Virus record (IMG/VR): IMGVR_UViG_3300048852_000028
Span: 1-46,724 of that record
From: a virus
Lineage: Duplodnaviria > Caudoviricetes
Strand: one strand, 5' to 3'
Length of the DNA stretch: 46,724 nt
Below, piece after piece: positions 25,331 to 34,778 of the stretch (position 1 is its first letter; each line of letters begins with the position of its first letter). The position numbers were made by a program, and so were the translations under genes. The notes under the pieces were generated by a model. That model worked only from the letters and a program-made list of their open reading frames with translations, was not told the DNA's origin and searched no databases.

Positions 25331-26695
25331 ATGCGCCTTTTCGGCATGAACATATCCCGCGCCAAGGCGGAGGAGAAAGCGCTCGCGCCGGTCTCTCAGA
25401 ACAGGGGCTGGTGGCGCATCCTTGAGGCTTTCTCAGGCGCGTGGCAGAGGAACGTCGAAGTCCGGTACGACGACGTTCTGTCCAACCATGCCGATTTCGC
25501 CTGCCGCACCTTGATCGCCTCCGATATCTCCAAGCTGCGGATTAAGCTCGTTCGAAAGGACGAGAGCGACATCTGGACGGAGACGACAAACCCGGCCTAT
25601 TCGCCTGTCCTGCGCAAGCCTAACCACTTTCAGAACCGGATCCAGTTCATGGAGAGCTGGGTCCTGTCGAAGCTCCAGCGCGGCAATGCCGTGATCCTGA
25701 AGCAGCGGGACGGCCGTGGCGTCGTCAAGGCGCTCAATGTGCTCGATTGGACCCTCGTCACGCCCCTCGTGGCTGATGATGGTAGCGTGTTCTATCAGCT
25801 CAACACAGACAACCTGGCAGGTCTCCCCGAAGCTGTGACGGTGCCGGCCCGGGAGGTCATCCACGATCGCTTCAACTGCTTCTATCATCCGCTGGTAGGC
25901 CTCTCACCCATCTTCGCGGGCGGGCTCGCCGCGACGCACGGCCTCGCGATCCAGAACGACAGCACGACGTTCTTCCAGAACGGAGCCCAGCCGGGTGGCA
26001 TTCTGACGGCACCGGCGGCGATCAGCGACGAGACGGCGAAGCGCCTGAAGGAGCATTGGGAGCAGAACTTCTCTGGCAAGAATTCCGGTAAGGTGGCGGT
26101 TCTTGGCGATGGGCTGAAATATGAGGCTATGAAGGCGAAGGCAGTCGACTCCCAGCTCATCGAGCAGCTGAAGTGGCCTGCGGAGGTCGTCTGCTCAACC
26201 TACCACGTCCCGCCATACAAGGTTGGTGTCGGCACAATGCCGACCAACAACAATGTCGAGGCGCTCAATATCGAATACTACTCTCAGTGCCTTCAGGTTC
26301 TTATCGAGTCGATTGAGCTTTGTCTCGATGAGGGACTCGGCATGGGAGAGAATATTGGCACGGAGTTCGACGTCGATAATCTCCTGCGCATGGATACCAC
26401 GGCCCTGATCAACGCTGAGAAGGAAGCCGTTGGTGCCGGTATCAAGGCTCCTAACGAAGCCCGCAAGCGGCTTAACCTTGGCCCCAAGGCCGGCGGCAAC
26501 AGCCCGTACCTTCAGCAGCAGAACTATAGCCTTGAGGCTCTCGCTAAGCGTGATGCACAGGCCGACCCATTCGGAACGGCTCCTGCAGCGACCCGCGAGC
26601 CTTCGGAAGAAGAGGAAGCCTCGCGTCAACAGGCGGAGCAACGTGCCTTCTTCGCAGAGGCGGCACTATCATTTCAAAAGGGTCTCGCGGCATGA
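25331..26695 (+). CDS. HK97-family portal protein
   Basis: IASDISKL, LRKPN, GLSPI, FFQNGAQPGG, NEARKRLNL. Confidence 0.93.
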   Translation: MRLFGMNISRAKAEEKALAPVSQNRGWWRILEAFSGAWQRNVEVRYDDVLSNHADFACRTLIASDISKLRIKLVRKDESDIWTETTNPAYSPVLRKPNHFQNRIQFMESWVLSKLQRGNAVILKQRDGRGVVKALNVLDWTLVTPLVADDGSVFYQLNTDNLAGLPEAVTVPAREVIHDRFNCFYHPLVGLSPIFAGGLAATHGLAIQNDSTTFFQNGAQPGGILTAPAAISDETAKRLKEHWEQNFSGKNSGKVAVLGDGLKYEAMKAKAVDSQLIEQLKWPAEVVCSTYHVPPYKVGVGTMPTNNNVEALNIEYYSQCLQVLIESIELCLDEGLGMGENIGTEFDVDNLLRMDTTALINAEKEAVGAGIKAPNEARKRLNLGPKAGGNSPYLQQQNYSLEALAKRDAQADPFGTAPAATREPSEEEEASRQQAEQRAFFAEAALSFQKGLAA

Positions 26696-27663
26696 TTGAC
26701 GCCAAGGCTTTCGGCGAAGAACTCGCCGGGATCGTAAAGGGCCAACTGGCGCCGATCCTGTCCCGTATTGAGGCGCTGGAAAAGCGTCTCGACGGATTGC
26801 CGGCACCTCGCGACGGCAAGGATGCCGATCTCGGGGAGGTCCGCCAGATCATCGCTAACGAAGTCCAGGGAATCAAAACGGCCCTTGAAGATATCAAGGC
26901 TCCCGATCTGCCGGATATTCCTGCCATCGTGGCAGAAGAGGTCGAGAAGGCTATCTCTGCTCTCCCTTCGCCTCAAGACGGTAAGAGCGTCACAGTCGAA
27001 GAGGTCGTGCCGCTGATTGTCTCGGAGGTCGGAAAGCGTGTCAGTGAGCTACCCAAGCCGAAGGATGGCGAGCCCGGAAAGGACGGTGCGAGCGTCGATC
27101 GCGCGGAAGTAGAGCGCATGGTAGCGGAATCTGTCGGGAAGGTCGTCTCGGCGATCCCGGCGCCGAAGGATGGAGCCGACGGCAAGGATGGTAAAGATGG
27201 CGTCGGTCTTGCCGGTGCGATCATCGACCGGTCGGGTGAGCTTGTCGTGACCCTCACCAATGGCGAGACCCGGAATCTCGGCCCCGTGATTGGTAAGGAC
27301 GGCCAGCCCGGTAAGGATGGCGCAGACGGCTTCGGCTTCGATGATCTGGAAGCCTCCTACGGCGGCAATAAGACCGTCATGCTGAAGTTTACCAAGGGCG
27401 CGCGCGTGAAGGAGTTCGCCTTCACCCTCCCTATTGTGATCGACCGTGGCATATTCTCCGAGGGCAAATCCTACACCGCTGGTGACGGCGTGACCTGGGG
27501 TGGCTCGTTCTGGATTGCCCAGAAAGACACCGGGTCGAGGCCAGGCGATGGCGGTGACTGGCGTCTGTCTGTGAAGAAGGGCAGGGATGGCCGCGACGGC
27601 GTGATGAAGGAAGCAAAGGCGAATGAGCCGGTGCGCGTCGGCGTGCCAGGGAAGGCGGTCTGA
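26692..27663 (+). CDS. GKDG-repeat (collagen-like) head-associated protein
   Basis: Repeated PxPxDGK / GKDG units; C-terminal GDGVTWGGSFWIA...WRLSVKKGRDG. Confidence 0.75.
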   Translation: MIDAKAFGEELAGIVKGQLAPILSRIEALEKRLDGLPAPRDGKDADLGEVRQIIANEVQGIKTALEDIKAPDLPDIPAIVAEEVEKAISALPSPQDGKSVTVEEVVPLIVSEVGKRVSELPKPKDGEPGKDGASVDRAEVERMVAESVGKVVSAIPAPKDGADGKDGKDGVGLAGAIIDRSGELVVTLTNGETRNLGPVIGKDGQPGKDGADGFGFDDLEASYGGNKTVMLKFTKGARVKEFAFTLPIVIDRGIFSEGKSYTAGDGVTWGGSFWIAQKDTGSRPGDGGDWRLSVKKGRDGRDGVMKEAKANEPVRVGVPGKAV

Positions 27664-27664
27664 C

Positions 27665-27961
27665 ATGGCGCTCATCACCAAGGTACAGGCCAAGAACCAT
27701 CTTCACATCGACTTTGATGACAGAGATGCGGATCTCGATATGAAAATGCAGCAGGCCGAGGAGATTGTGATCGACTATCTCAAGAGGCCCGATCACGGAT
27801 GGACGGAACTGACTGTGCCCAAGACTGTGCAGGCCGCCATCCTTCTCGTGCTCACGGCGCTGTTCGATGATCGGGATGGAAGTGGAGGAGGGGACCATCT
27901 CGCTCCTGGTGGCCCTGTCGCGCGACTGCTTAGTCGCTATCGAGATCCTGCAATCGCATAG
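27665..27961 (+). CDS. Head-tail connector (gp6-like)
   Basis: AKNHLHID, VQAAILL, LLSRYR. Confidence 0.85.
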   Translation: MALITKVQAKNHLHIDFDDRDADLDMKMQQAEEIVIDYLKRPDHGWTELTVPKTVQAAILLVLTALFDDRDGSGGGDHLAPGGPVARLLSRYRDPAIA

Positions 27962-28578
27962 TGTGGTGCTTGAAAGGCAGTGCGCCCCGGCCGAGGTGCT
28001 GTCTTGAAAACCTCAGCCAGGACGCATGCGATGCCGGTTGCAACACCGCAGGGCAACCATAGTGCGAGATGAATGAAGAGAAAGTTGCTGCACGAACGGA
28101 AACGCCCCGGCTGAGGGCTCTCGTAATCCTCAGCCAGGGCGTCGGCGCTCTTGGGGGGCTTCGAGCGCACGAACATATAACACCCGTCGACCGTGGCCAT
28201 ATTATGGATGCCCGAATGTCCGCTGGCATAGTCATCAGCGGCACTATGCATCTGGGTCTCGCGTGACTGACATCCTGATCATCGCGTGAACATCAGGGTT
28301 TCTGACAGGAGCAACGACGGGAGCCTTCCCGAGCGTGATCAAGGCAATGACAGTGAAGAGAATATGAAGCTTTGATGGGGACACGAAAGCACCTGGGTAC
28401 GCAAAAGCAGGCGCGGGTTTTGGGCCCAAGATCCTGAATCAAACCTTGCGGCTGAAATGAAAATTTCGGTGTCCTCTGACGGAACTAATCGCGGCGAATT
28501 TCACCCCGAAGAGCCGGGGAGTTTTGTCCCCATCCTTATCCACACGGCAGCTTTCAGCGCCATGAAAGAGGGTTAACA

Positions 28579-28926
28579 ATGCCTTCATCTGGACAGCTTC
28601 GCGAGCGCGTTACCTTCCAGCGCCGCGGCGTGGTCGACGACGGCTATGGCAATGAGGTCTCTGGACCTTGGGCCGACGTTTTCACGGTGGCCGCCAACAT
28701 CCGGCCGGCGCGCGGCAGGGAAGAGGTTCTCGCCCAGCGCCTGCAGGGCGTGCGGCCGACAGAGATTGAGGTCCGGTGGTCGTCTCAGACGGTCCCGATC
28801 CAGCCGGAATGGCGGGCTGTGAACGCTCGCAAGCCCTCCGAGATCTACAACATTCACGACATCCGCGACCCTGACGGCAAGCGGGCGTGGAACATCCTCA
28901 CTTGCACCCTCGGCGTAGCCACCTAA
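28579..28926 (+). CDS. Head closure/adaptor protein
   Basis: GQLRERVTFQ...DDGYG...W. Confidence 0.85.
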   Translation: MPSSGQLRERVTFQRRGVVDDGYGNEVSGPWADVFTVAANIRPARGREEVLAQRLQGVRPTEIEVRWSSQTVPIQPEWRAVNARKPSEIYNIHDIRDPDGKRAWNILTCTLGVAT

Positions 28927-28938
28927 AGGAGAAGAGCC

Positions 28939-29127
28939 ATGGCTCAGCAGGCGAAGTTCACCAAGGATTACACCCACCCGATCAGCTTCGGCGTCGAGAA
29001 AGCCTACAAGAAGGGCTATGAGGGCTTGATCCCCGAAGCCCACTATGAGGCGGCCAAGGCTGCCGGCGTTCTCGAGGAAGCGACCACTCCTGCGAAGGAC
29101 GAGAGCAAGGCTAAGAGCCGGTCGTGA
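28939..29127 (+). CDS. Small virion-module protein
   Basis: AAGGAG RBS; coupled to the next gene. Confidence 0.6.
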   Translation: MAQQAKFTKDYTHPISFGVEKAYKKGYEGLIPEAHYEAAKAAGVLEEATTPAKDESKAKSRS

Positions 29128-29594
29128 GCAGCCTCAAGGGGCGAGCTCGTCTTCTCAAGAAGATGGCCGCCATCCCCGCCGACATTCGGAAGGAGATGGC
29201 GACCGCCATCAAGCAGGGCGCCGAGGACATCGTGCGCCTTCAGAAGAGCCTGGCCCCGGAAGACAGCGGAGATCTGCGCGACTCCATCGTCTCGATCGCA
29301 GGCGGTGCCGCTCCAAAATATTCAACCTTCAAGGGCAAGCAAAAAGGCGGCGGCAAGAGTGATCCTGACCTCTCGGTCACGATCTCTGCCGGCAACGCCA
29401 AGGTCCGTTATGCCCATATCGTGGAGTTTGGCTCCGCGCCTCACGTCAACGGCGGTTTCTTCGCAGGCTCACAGCATCCCGGGACGCCTGCCAAGCCCTT
29501 CTTTTTCCCCGGCTACAGGGCCATGCGGCGAAAGGTGAAAGGGCGCATCACCCGCGCCACGAAGAAAGCCATCAGAAAGTCGGTCGGACAATGA
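29124..29594 (+). CDS. HK97 gp10-like tail completion protein
   Basis: APEDSGDLRDSI, YAHIVEFG, PAKPFFFP. Confidence 0.88.
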   Translation: MSSLKGRARLLKKMAAIPADIRKEMATAIKQGAEDIVRLQKSLAPEDSGDLRDSIVSIAGGAAPKYSTFKGKQKGGGKSDPDLSVTISAGNAKVRYAHIVEFGSAPHVNGGFFAGSQHPGTPAKPFFFPGYRAMRRKVKGRITRATKKAIRKSVGQ

Positions 29595-29995
29595 GCGCAG
29601 CGCTTGCTCTGCAAAAGGCCATGGTGGCGACCCTCCGCGCCAATGCTCTCCTGACGGCTGTCGTGTCGGCTCGGATCTATGATCGCGTGCCGGCCAACGC
29701 CCCTCGGCCTTATGTCCATCTGCGGCAGTTTCAGGAACTCGATGACAGCAACGACTGCTCGGATGCCTGGGAAGTCAACGTGGATCTTGATGTCTGGTCC
29801 GAGACGCCTGGAAAGCCGGAAGCCTCCCGGGCTGCCATGGCGATCCGCGATGCCCTGCATGATCAGGATCTCACCCTTGATGAGCCTTATGCGCTTGTCG
29901 AACTTCGCCACCGTGACACCCAGATCGGGGACGGCGGCGACGGGCTGCTGACCCGCGCTCGTCTCAGCTTTCGGGCGCTCATCGAGCGCGTCTAA
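29591..29995 (+). CDS. Tail terminator (DUF3168-like)
   Basis: ALQKAM, RIYDRVP, PYV, LDVWS. Confidence 0.85.
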   Translation: MSAALALQKAMVATLRANALLTAVVSARIYDRVPANAPRPYVHLRQFQELDDSNDCSDAWEVNVDLDVWSETPGKPEASRAAMAIRDALHDQDLTLDEPYALVELRHRDTQIGDGGDGLLTRARLSFRALIERV

Positions 29996-30016
29996 ACCCA
30001 GCCAGGAGAACCTACG

Positions 30017-30457
30017 ATGGCGAAGCCTACTACCCTGTCGGCAGCGAAGCTGCTTGTTCTGATCGGTGACGGTGCCGAACCCGAAGTCTTCGCCGCTCCC
30101 TGCGGCCTGACTTCCCGCGGCATCAACTTCTCGAAAGAGACGAACGACACGAACGTGCCGGATTGCGCCGACCCCGATGCTCCGCAGTGGGTCGAGCGCG
30201 TCACGACCGCGCTGAGCGGCACTGTGTCCGGTTCCGGCATTCTGGCTCAGGAAGCCCTGACGACCTGGCGCACATTCTTCTTCTCCACCGAGTCGAAGAA
30301 CTGCCGCGTTCGCATCGACGGCGGCACCGGCTGGGGCCATTGGGAAGGCAAGTTCCACCTCACCAGCTTCAACGTGACCGGCGAGAACGGCGAGAAGATC
30401 GGCGTCGAGGTCGAACTGCAGAATGATGGCGAGATCGTCTGGGTCGCTGCCACATGA
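30017..30457 (+). CDS. Tail tube protein
   Basis: IGDG...FAAPCGLTS, VSGSG, WEGKFHLTS. Confidence 0.88.
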   Translation: MAKPTTLSAAKLLVLIGDGAEPEVFAAPCGLTSRGINFSKETNDTNVPDCADPDAPQWVERVTTALSGTVSGSGILAQEALTTWRTFFFSTESKNCRVRIDGGTGWGHWEGKFHLTSFNVTGENGEKIGVEVELQNDGEIVWVAAT

Positions 30458-30882
30458 GTGCAGACGCCTCCAAGACGTTCGAATGGGCTGATGGCGAGTA
30501 CAAGTTCCGGCTCGCCATCGGGCAGCTTCGCGAGCTGCAGGACAAGACCGGCGTCGGGCCTTATGCCCTTCTATCCCGCGTCATTGATGGCACGTGGAAG
30601 GTCGATGACCTTCGCGAGGTCATCCGCCTCGGCCTGATCGGTGGCGGGCTGGAGCCCCTCAGGGCGCTCTCGCTCGTCAAGAACTATGTCGAAGGCCGGC
30701 CGCTCATGGAAAGCCTCACGCCTGTGAAGGTGATCCTGGCCGCGGCCCTGTTCGGGGATCCTGACGACCCCGTGGGAAAAAGGGAACCGGAGAAGACCGA
30801 GGATCAACCCGGTTCCACTTCTCCGGTCTCTATGGAACCGGCGCAGTCCTCGGCTTCAGCCCCGATGTCGTTGACCGCATGA
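30454..30882 (+). CDS. Tail assembly chaperone G
   Basis: FRLAIGQLRELQ, IRLGLIGGG; between tube and tape measure. Confidence 0.85.
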   Translation: MSADASKTFEWADGEYKFRLAIGQLRELQDKTGVGPYALLSRVIDGTWKVDDLREVIRLGLIGGGLEPLRALSLVKNYVEGRPLMESLTPVKVILAAALFGDPDDPVGKREPEKTEDQPGSTSPVSMEPAQSSASAPMSLTA

Positions 30883-31028
30883 GCCTCTGGCAGTTCGCCG
30901 CCTGTGTCGATGGACACAACAAGGCGAACTCACCGGAAGAAGAAATCGACCCGCTGTCTGCCTCGGACTTTGACGACATGCTCTCGCGGCATGCGGATTG
31001 GATCCAGGCGGGCGCTCGCACCCACTAG
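30454..31028 (+). CDS. Tail chaperone GT made by -1 frameshift at G GGA AAA (30774-30780)
   Basis: In-frame slippery heptamer; the -1 frame is open to TAG 31026-31028 (GFSPDVVDRMSLWQFAAC). Confidence 0.8.
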
Positions 31029-31039
31029 AAAGCACCTCC

Positions 31040-32944
31040 ATGGCGACAGACCTAGAGACGCTTGTCGTGCGTCTGGAAGCCCAGATGCGGGGCTACGAGC
31101 GCGAGATGCAGCGGGCTCGCAGCACGACGGACAAGCAGACAAAGGCAATCGAGTCTCGTTTCAAGGGCCTCAACGCCAACATCAGCCGAGCCATGAATAC
31201 GCTCGGCAATGCCGTGCGCGGGGCTCTGACGGGCGTTTCCCTGCAACAGGTGGCGCAGTTCTCGGACAGCTTCACGAGGGCTCAGAACGCGCTCCGCGTG
31301 ACCGGTCTCGAGGGCGAAAAGCTTCAGGCGACATTCACCCAGATTGCCGCGATCGCAGAGCGCACCTCGTCCCCGATCGAGAGCATGGCCGAGCTCTACG
31401 GCAAGACCGCTCTCGCACAGAAGGAACTTGGCGCAACCTCGGCGGAGATGCTGGCCGTTACGGAGCAGGTTGGCCAGGCGTTGCTTGTCCAAGGCACCTC
31501 GGGCGCCCAGGCGGCCGGCGCCATTCAGCAGTTCGGCCAGCTCCTGGCGAGTGGCAAGGTGGAGTCGGAAGAGTTCGGCTCGGTCCTCGACGGCCTGTTC
31601 CCGATCGCGCAGGCGGTGGCGAACGGCATGGAAGAGGCAGGCGGCTCGGTCGCCAAGCTGCGGGCGCTGATCAAGGACGGCAAGGTCTCCTCGGAAGCCT
31701 TCTTCCGTGCGCTGCAGGCGGGTTCTGACGGGCTCGCTCAGCAGGCGGCCAGTTCTGTTCGCACCTACGGTCAGGAATGGACCCGCGTCGAGAATGCCCT
31801 CACGCTGGCAGCCGGCGCCATGGGCAAGCTCACCGACGCTTCGGGCGGGGTGGGTCGCTTTGTCGATGCGCTGGTCAACGACATTGCCAAGATCCCCGAT
31901 GGGCTCAAATCCACGGTCGATGAGATCAACCGGATCATTGCGCTCTTCGAAAAGCTCGCGTCTTACATCCCGAAATTCGAGGATCTTCGCTCGGCCTCTC
32001 AGCAGGGGCTGACGGCGGTCGATCCTGACCGCATGGCACGGCCGGCTGAAACGCCCCTGACCATGACGGTCAAACCCCGCAAAGCCATTTCACTGTCGAA
32101 TTATGCGGTCCCTAGCGACGAGAAGGGCGGCAAGTCGCGCAAGGAGCGCGAAAGCGAATACGCCCGGGAAATCGCCCAGATCAAGGAGCGCACGGAAGCC
32201 CTCCGTCAGGAGGCCTCGACGGTCGGGCAGTCCGAAGGCGAGATCGCCAAAGCCCGGGCGGCTTTCGAACTTCTGAGAGCGGCCAAGGAGTCGAACGTCA
32301 CTGTTGATGCCGCGCTCACGGCCAACATCAACGCGGTCGCTGCAGCCTACGGCCAGGCGGTCACTGAGCTTGCCGCCGCAGAGGACGCCATGCGCGATGC
32401 GCAGGAGGCCATCAGCGAGTTTCAGGATATCGCGGCCGATGGCGTCAAGGGCTTCGTGTCCGATCTCATGGATGGCGTCAGTGCGGCAGAGGCCCTGCAG
32501 AACGCTCTCAAGCGGGTCGGTGACCGGCTTCTCGACATGGCCCTCGACGCCGCCCTCAAGGGAGCCTTCGGCGGCACCAACGGGGCGGGCGGCATCGGCT
32601 CACTGTTCTCTAACCTGTTCACGGGCGCCCGCGCCTCTGGCGGCTCTGTACAGTCGGGCGGCACCTGTCTTGTGGGCGAGAACGGCCCCGAGCTCCTCCG
32701 CATGGGCAAGAACGGCATGATCAAGCCGAACTCAGCCCTAGGCAAGGGAACCACGAGCGGCGGCATGCAGGTGGTCATCAACAACAACACCGGATCCCAA
32801 GTGGCAACCCGGCAGACGCAGGGTCCGCGGGGGCCGCGCCTCGAGGTTCAGATTGACGAGATGGTGGCGAGTGCTCTGATGAGCGGGTCCAAGACCGGGG
32901 ACGCGCTCAAGGCCATGCAGCGCAACCGGATGGGAGGCCGCTGA
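31040..32944 (+). CDS. Tape measure protein
   Basis: LETLVVRLEA start, Ala-rich helical body, RASGG...LVGENGPE. Confidence 0.92.
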   Translation: MATDLETLVVRLEAQMRGYEREMQRARSTTDKQTKAIESRFKGLNANISRAMNTLGNAVRGALTGVSLQQVAQFSDSFTRAQNALRVTGLEGEKLQATFTQIAAIAERTSSPIESMAELYGKTALAQKELGATSAEMLAVTEQVGQALLVQGTSGAQAAGAIQQFGQLLASGKVESEEFGSVLDGLFPIAQAVANGMEEAGGSVAKLRALIKDGKVSSEAFFRALQAGSDGLAQQAASSVRTYGQEWTRVENALTLAAGAMGKLTDASGGVGRFVDALVNDIAKIPDGLKSTVDEINRIIALFEKLASYIPKFEDLRSASQQGLTAVDPDRMARPAETPLTMTVKPRKAISLSNYAVPSDEKGGKSRKERESEYAREIAQIKERTEALRQEASTVGQSEGEIAKARAAFELLRAAKESNVTVDAALTANINAVAAAYGQAVTELAAAEDAMRDAQEAISEFQDIAADGVKGFVSDLMDGVSAAEALQNALKRVGDRLLDMALDAALKGAFGGTNGAGGIGSLFSNLFTGARASGGSVQSGGTCLVGENGPELLRMGKNGMIKPNSALGKGTTSGGMQVVINNNTGSQVATRQTQGPRGPRLEVQIDEMVASALMSGSKTGDALKAMQRNRMGGR

Positions 32945-33309
32945 TGGCTCTCCCCGTCTGGCCGGCTTCATTGCCCCACATGCCGCACATCCGCAGCCAG
33001 CCCGAGCCCTTCCGCGGAGCTCTGGAGAGCGAGATGACGGCAGGGAACACCCGTTCCCGCCGCACGGCGACTGTCGTGATCGGCGTCGTGGACATGACGA
33101 TTCGCATGACGACCGCGAAGTATCAGACCTTCAGGGCCTTTGTGCGCGACACGCTCAGCCACGGGACAGCAGACTTTGAGATGCCGGTCTGGGATCTCGC
33201 CGGCTGCCCTGTGCGTCGGGTGAAGCTGCGCAACAAGGGCCATTATGTACCCGCGCGTGTTGGGGCTCACATCGACGTGTCTTTCTCCCTCGACGTTTGG
33301 GATCTCTAA
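32944..33309 (+). CDS. Distal tail protein-like
   Basis: WPASLP, SEMTAGNTRSRR, FVRDTLSHGT. Confidence 0.75.
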   Translation: MALPVWPASLPHMPHIRSQPEPFRGALESEMTAGNTRSRRTATVVIGVVDMTIRMTTAKYQTFRAFVRDTLSHGTADFEMPVWDLAGCPVRRVKLRNKGHYVPARVGAHIDVSFSLDVWDL

Positions 33310-33348
33310 ATGCCGATTTCTGCAACGCAAGCCTGCAGCAACGTGGCG

Positions 33349-33666
33349 TCAATGCCTTTCCTTCAAAGGCGGTGCGAGCTTAAGGGCCTCCCTAGCTTCG
33401 CGCTCAATAGCATCAAGGATCAGCATGATCCTGCCCCTAATCTCATCAGTGATTTCCAGGTCCTCGCCATACTGAGTTCGGACGTTGCCCCGAAAGCTTG
33501 CGAGATTCCAATCTAGCATCGCACGAGTATTGATAATGCCCTCTTCAGGATCGCCGGCTCGTATCTTTACATGCTCAATGAGCAAATGGGTCATCAAGAA
33601 GCTCACACCTTGTCCAAGCGCGCGAGCATACAAGAGCATTCGCTCAAGTTCTTCTTCATTAGCCAT
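33349..33666 (-). CDS. Hypothetical accessory protein in the tail module
   Basis: 105 aa, antisense, visibly lower GC. Confidence 0.65.
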   Translation of the reverse strand: MANEEELERMLLYARALGQGVSFLMTHLLIEHVKIRAGDPEEGIINTRAMLDWNLASFRGNVRTQYGEDLEITDEIRGRIMLILDAIEREAREALKLAPPLKERH

Positions 33667-33742
33667 TGCAACTCTACCCTCTGCCCCTGCTAGAGGGTAG
33701 CCAGGTAAGGCCGCGCTACAATGGATCTATCAGGTTAATCCT

Positions 33743-34279
33743 ATGCCCATCAGTGCTACCCAAGCTTGGGCCGAGGCCGCCGCCTCCGCGCCCAAGGATG
33801 AGGTCATGCTCATTACGATCGAGCTGATCCATCCAACCTTTGTGGAGAACGGCGCTCCTGCCCCGATCCGCGCCGTGCGCAATACCGTCGATGTCAGCTT
33901 CCGTCTGGAGGATGGCGCACCGGTGGGCGGCGGCACCGTCGTTCCCTTCAAGGCCATCCCCTTTGAGATAGACTATCCCCGCATCGGCAACCTCGGTGCC
34001 GAAGCCACCGTCCGGCTCGACAACGTGAACCGTGATGCCTCCCGCTATCTGCATGAAGCCGTGAAGATGAACACCCCGATCACGGCCATCTTCCGCGGCT
34101 ATCTGGCCTCTGATCCCAACACTGTCGGCCAAGGCCCCTACAAGCTGATCCTGCGCAACGTGAAGCGCAAGGGGCGCATTCTTGAGGGGCAACTCGCCAT
34201 CGCCCGCCCGCAGAACATGCGCGTGATGCGCGAGGTCTATGACATGGTTCGGTTCCCGAGCCTCCTGCAGGTGTCGTGA
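33743..34279 (+). CDS. DUF1833-like tail tip protein
   Basis: TIELIHP, IRAV, FKAIPFEI, LDNV, YLASD, RFPSL. Confidence 0.8.
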   Translation: MPISATQAWAEAAASAPKDEVMLITIELIHPTFVENGAPAPIRAVRNTVDVSFRLEDGAPVGGGTVVPFKAIPFEIDYPRIGNLGAEATVRLDNVNRDASRYLHEAVKMNTPITAIFRGYLASDPNTVGQGPYKLILRNVKRKGRILEGQLAIARPQNMRVMREVYDMVRFPSLLQVS

Positions 34280-34776
34280 TGAGTGACGGTCTGACCGAAG
34301 AAGATTACTACTACGCAGAGAAGCGGGCGCGTGAGGAACTTGACTCCGACCTTGAGGCTGACCGTCTCGCCTTCTTTGAGAGCCTGATCGGCGAGCCCTA
34401 CAAGATCGGAGAGCGCGGCCCCGCCTCGTTCGACTGCTACGGCCTCGCCCGTCACATCCAGAACGAGCTTGCGGGCGTCGACATGCCCGATGTCGCCTTT
34501 GCCGAGCCCACGACCAGGGCCCAGGCCGAGGCCATGCTCTCGCATCCCGAGCGGCAGGCCTGGGAGGAGATCCCCGAAGCCGAGGCGCGTGAGCTTGATC
34601 TTGTGCTCATGGGAAACGTGCAGAAGCGCGATTTCCATCTCGGCACCTACATCGTGCCTGTCACGACGGGCGCGGTGATCCACATCGACAAGGCGGCCGG
34701 CGTGGTCGTGGACGATCTGCCGGCGCTCCGGGCTTCCGGCTTTAACTTCCTGAGATTTTTTAGGCGCAAATCCTAA
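34276..34776 (+). CDS. NlpC/P60 tail protein
   Basis: IGEPY...GPASFDCYGL, HLGTY, IHI. Confidence 0.85.
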   Translation: MMSDGLTEEDYYYAEKRAREELDSDLEADRLAFFESLIGEPYKIGERGPASFDCYGLARHIQNELAGVDMPDVAFAEPTTRAQAEAMLSHPERQAWEEIPEAEARELDLVLMGNVQKRDFHLGTYIVPVTTGAVIHIDKAAGVVVDDLPALRASGFNFLRFFRRKS

Positions 34777-34778
34777 TC

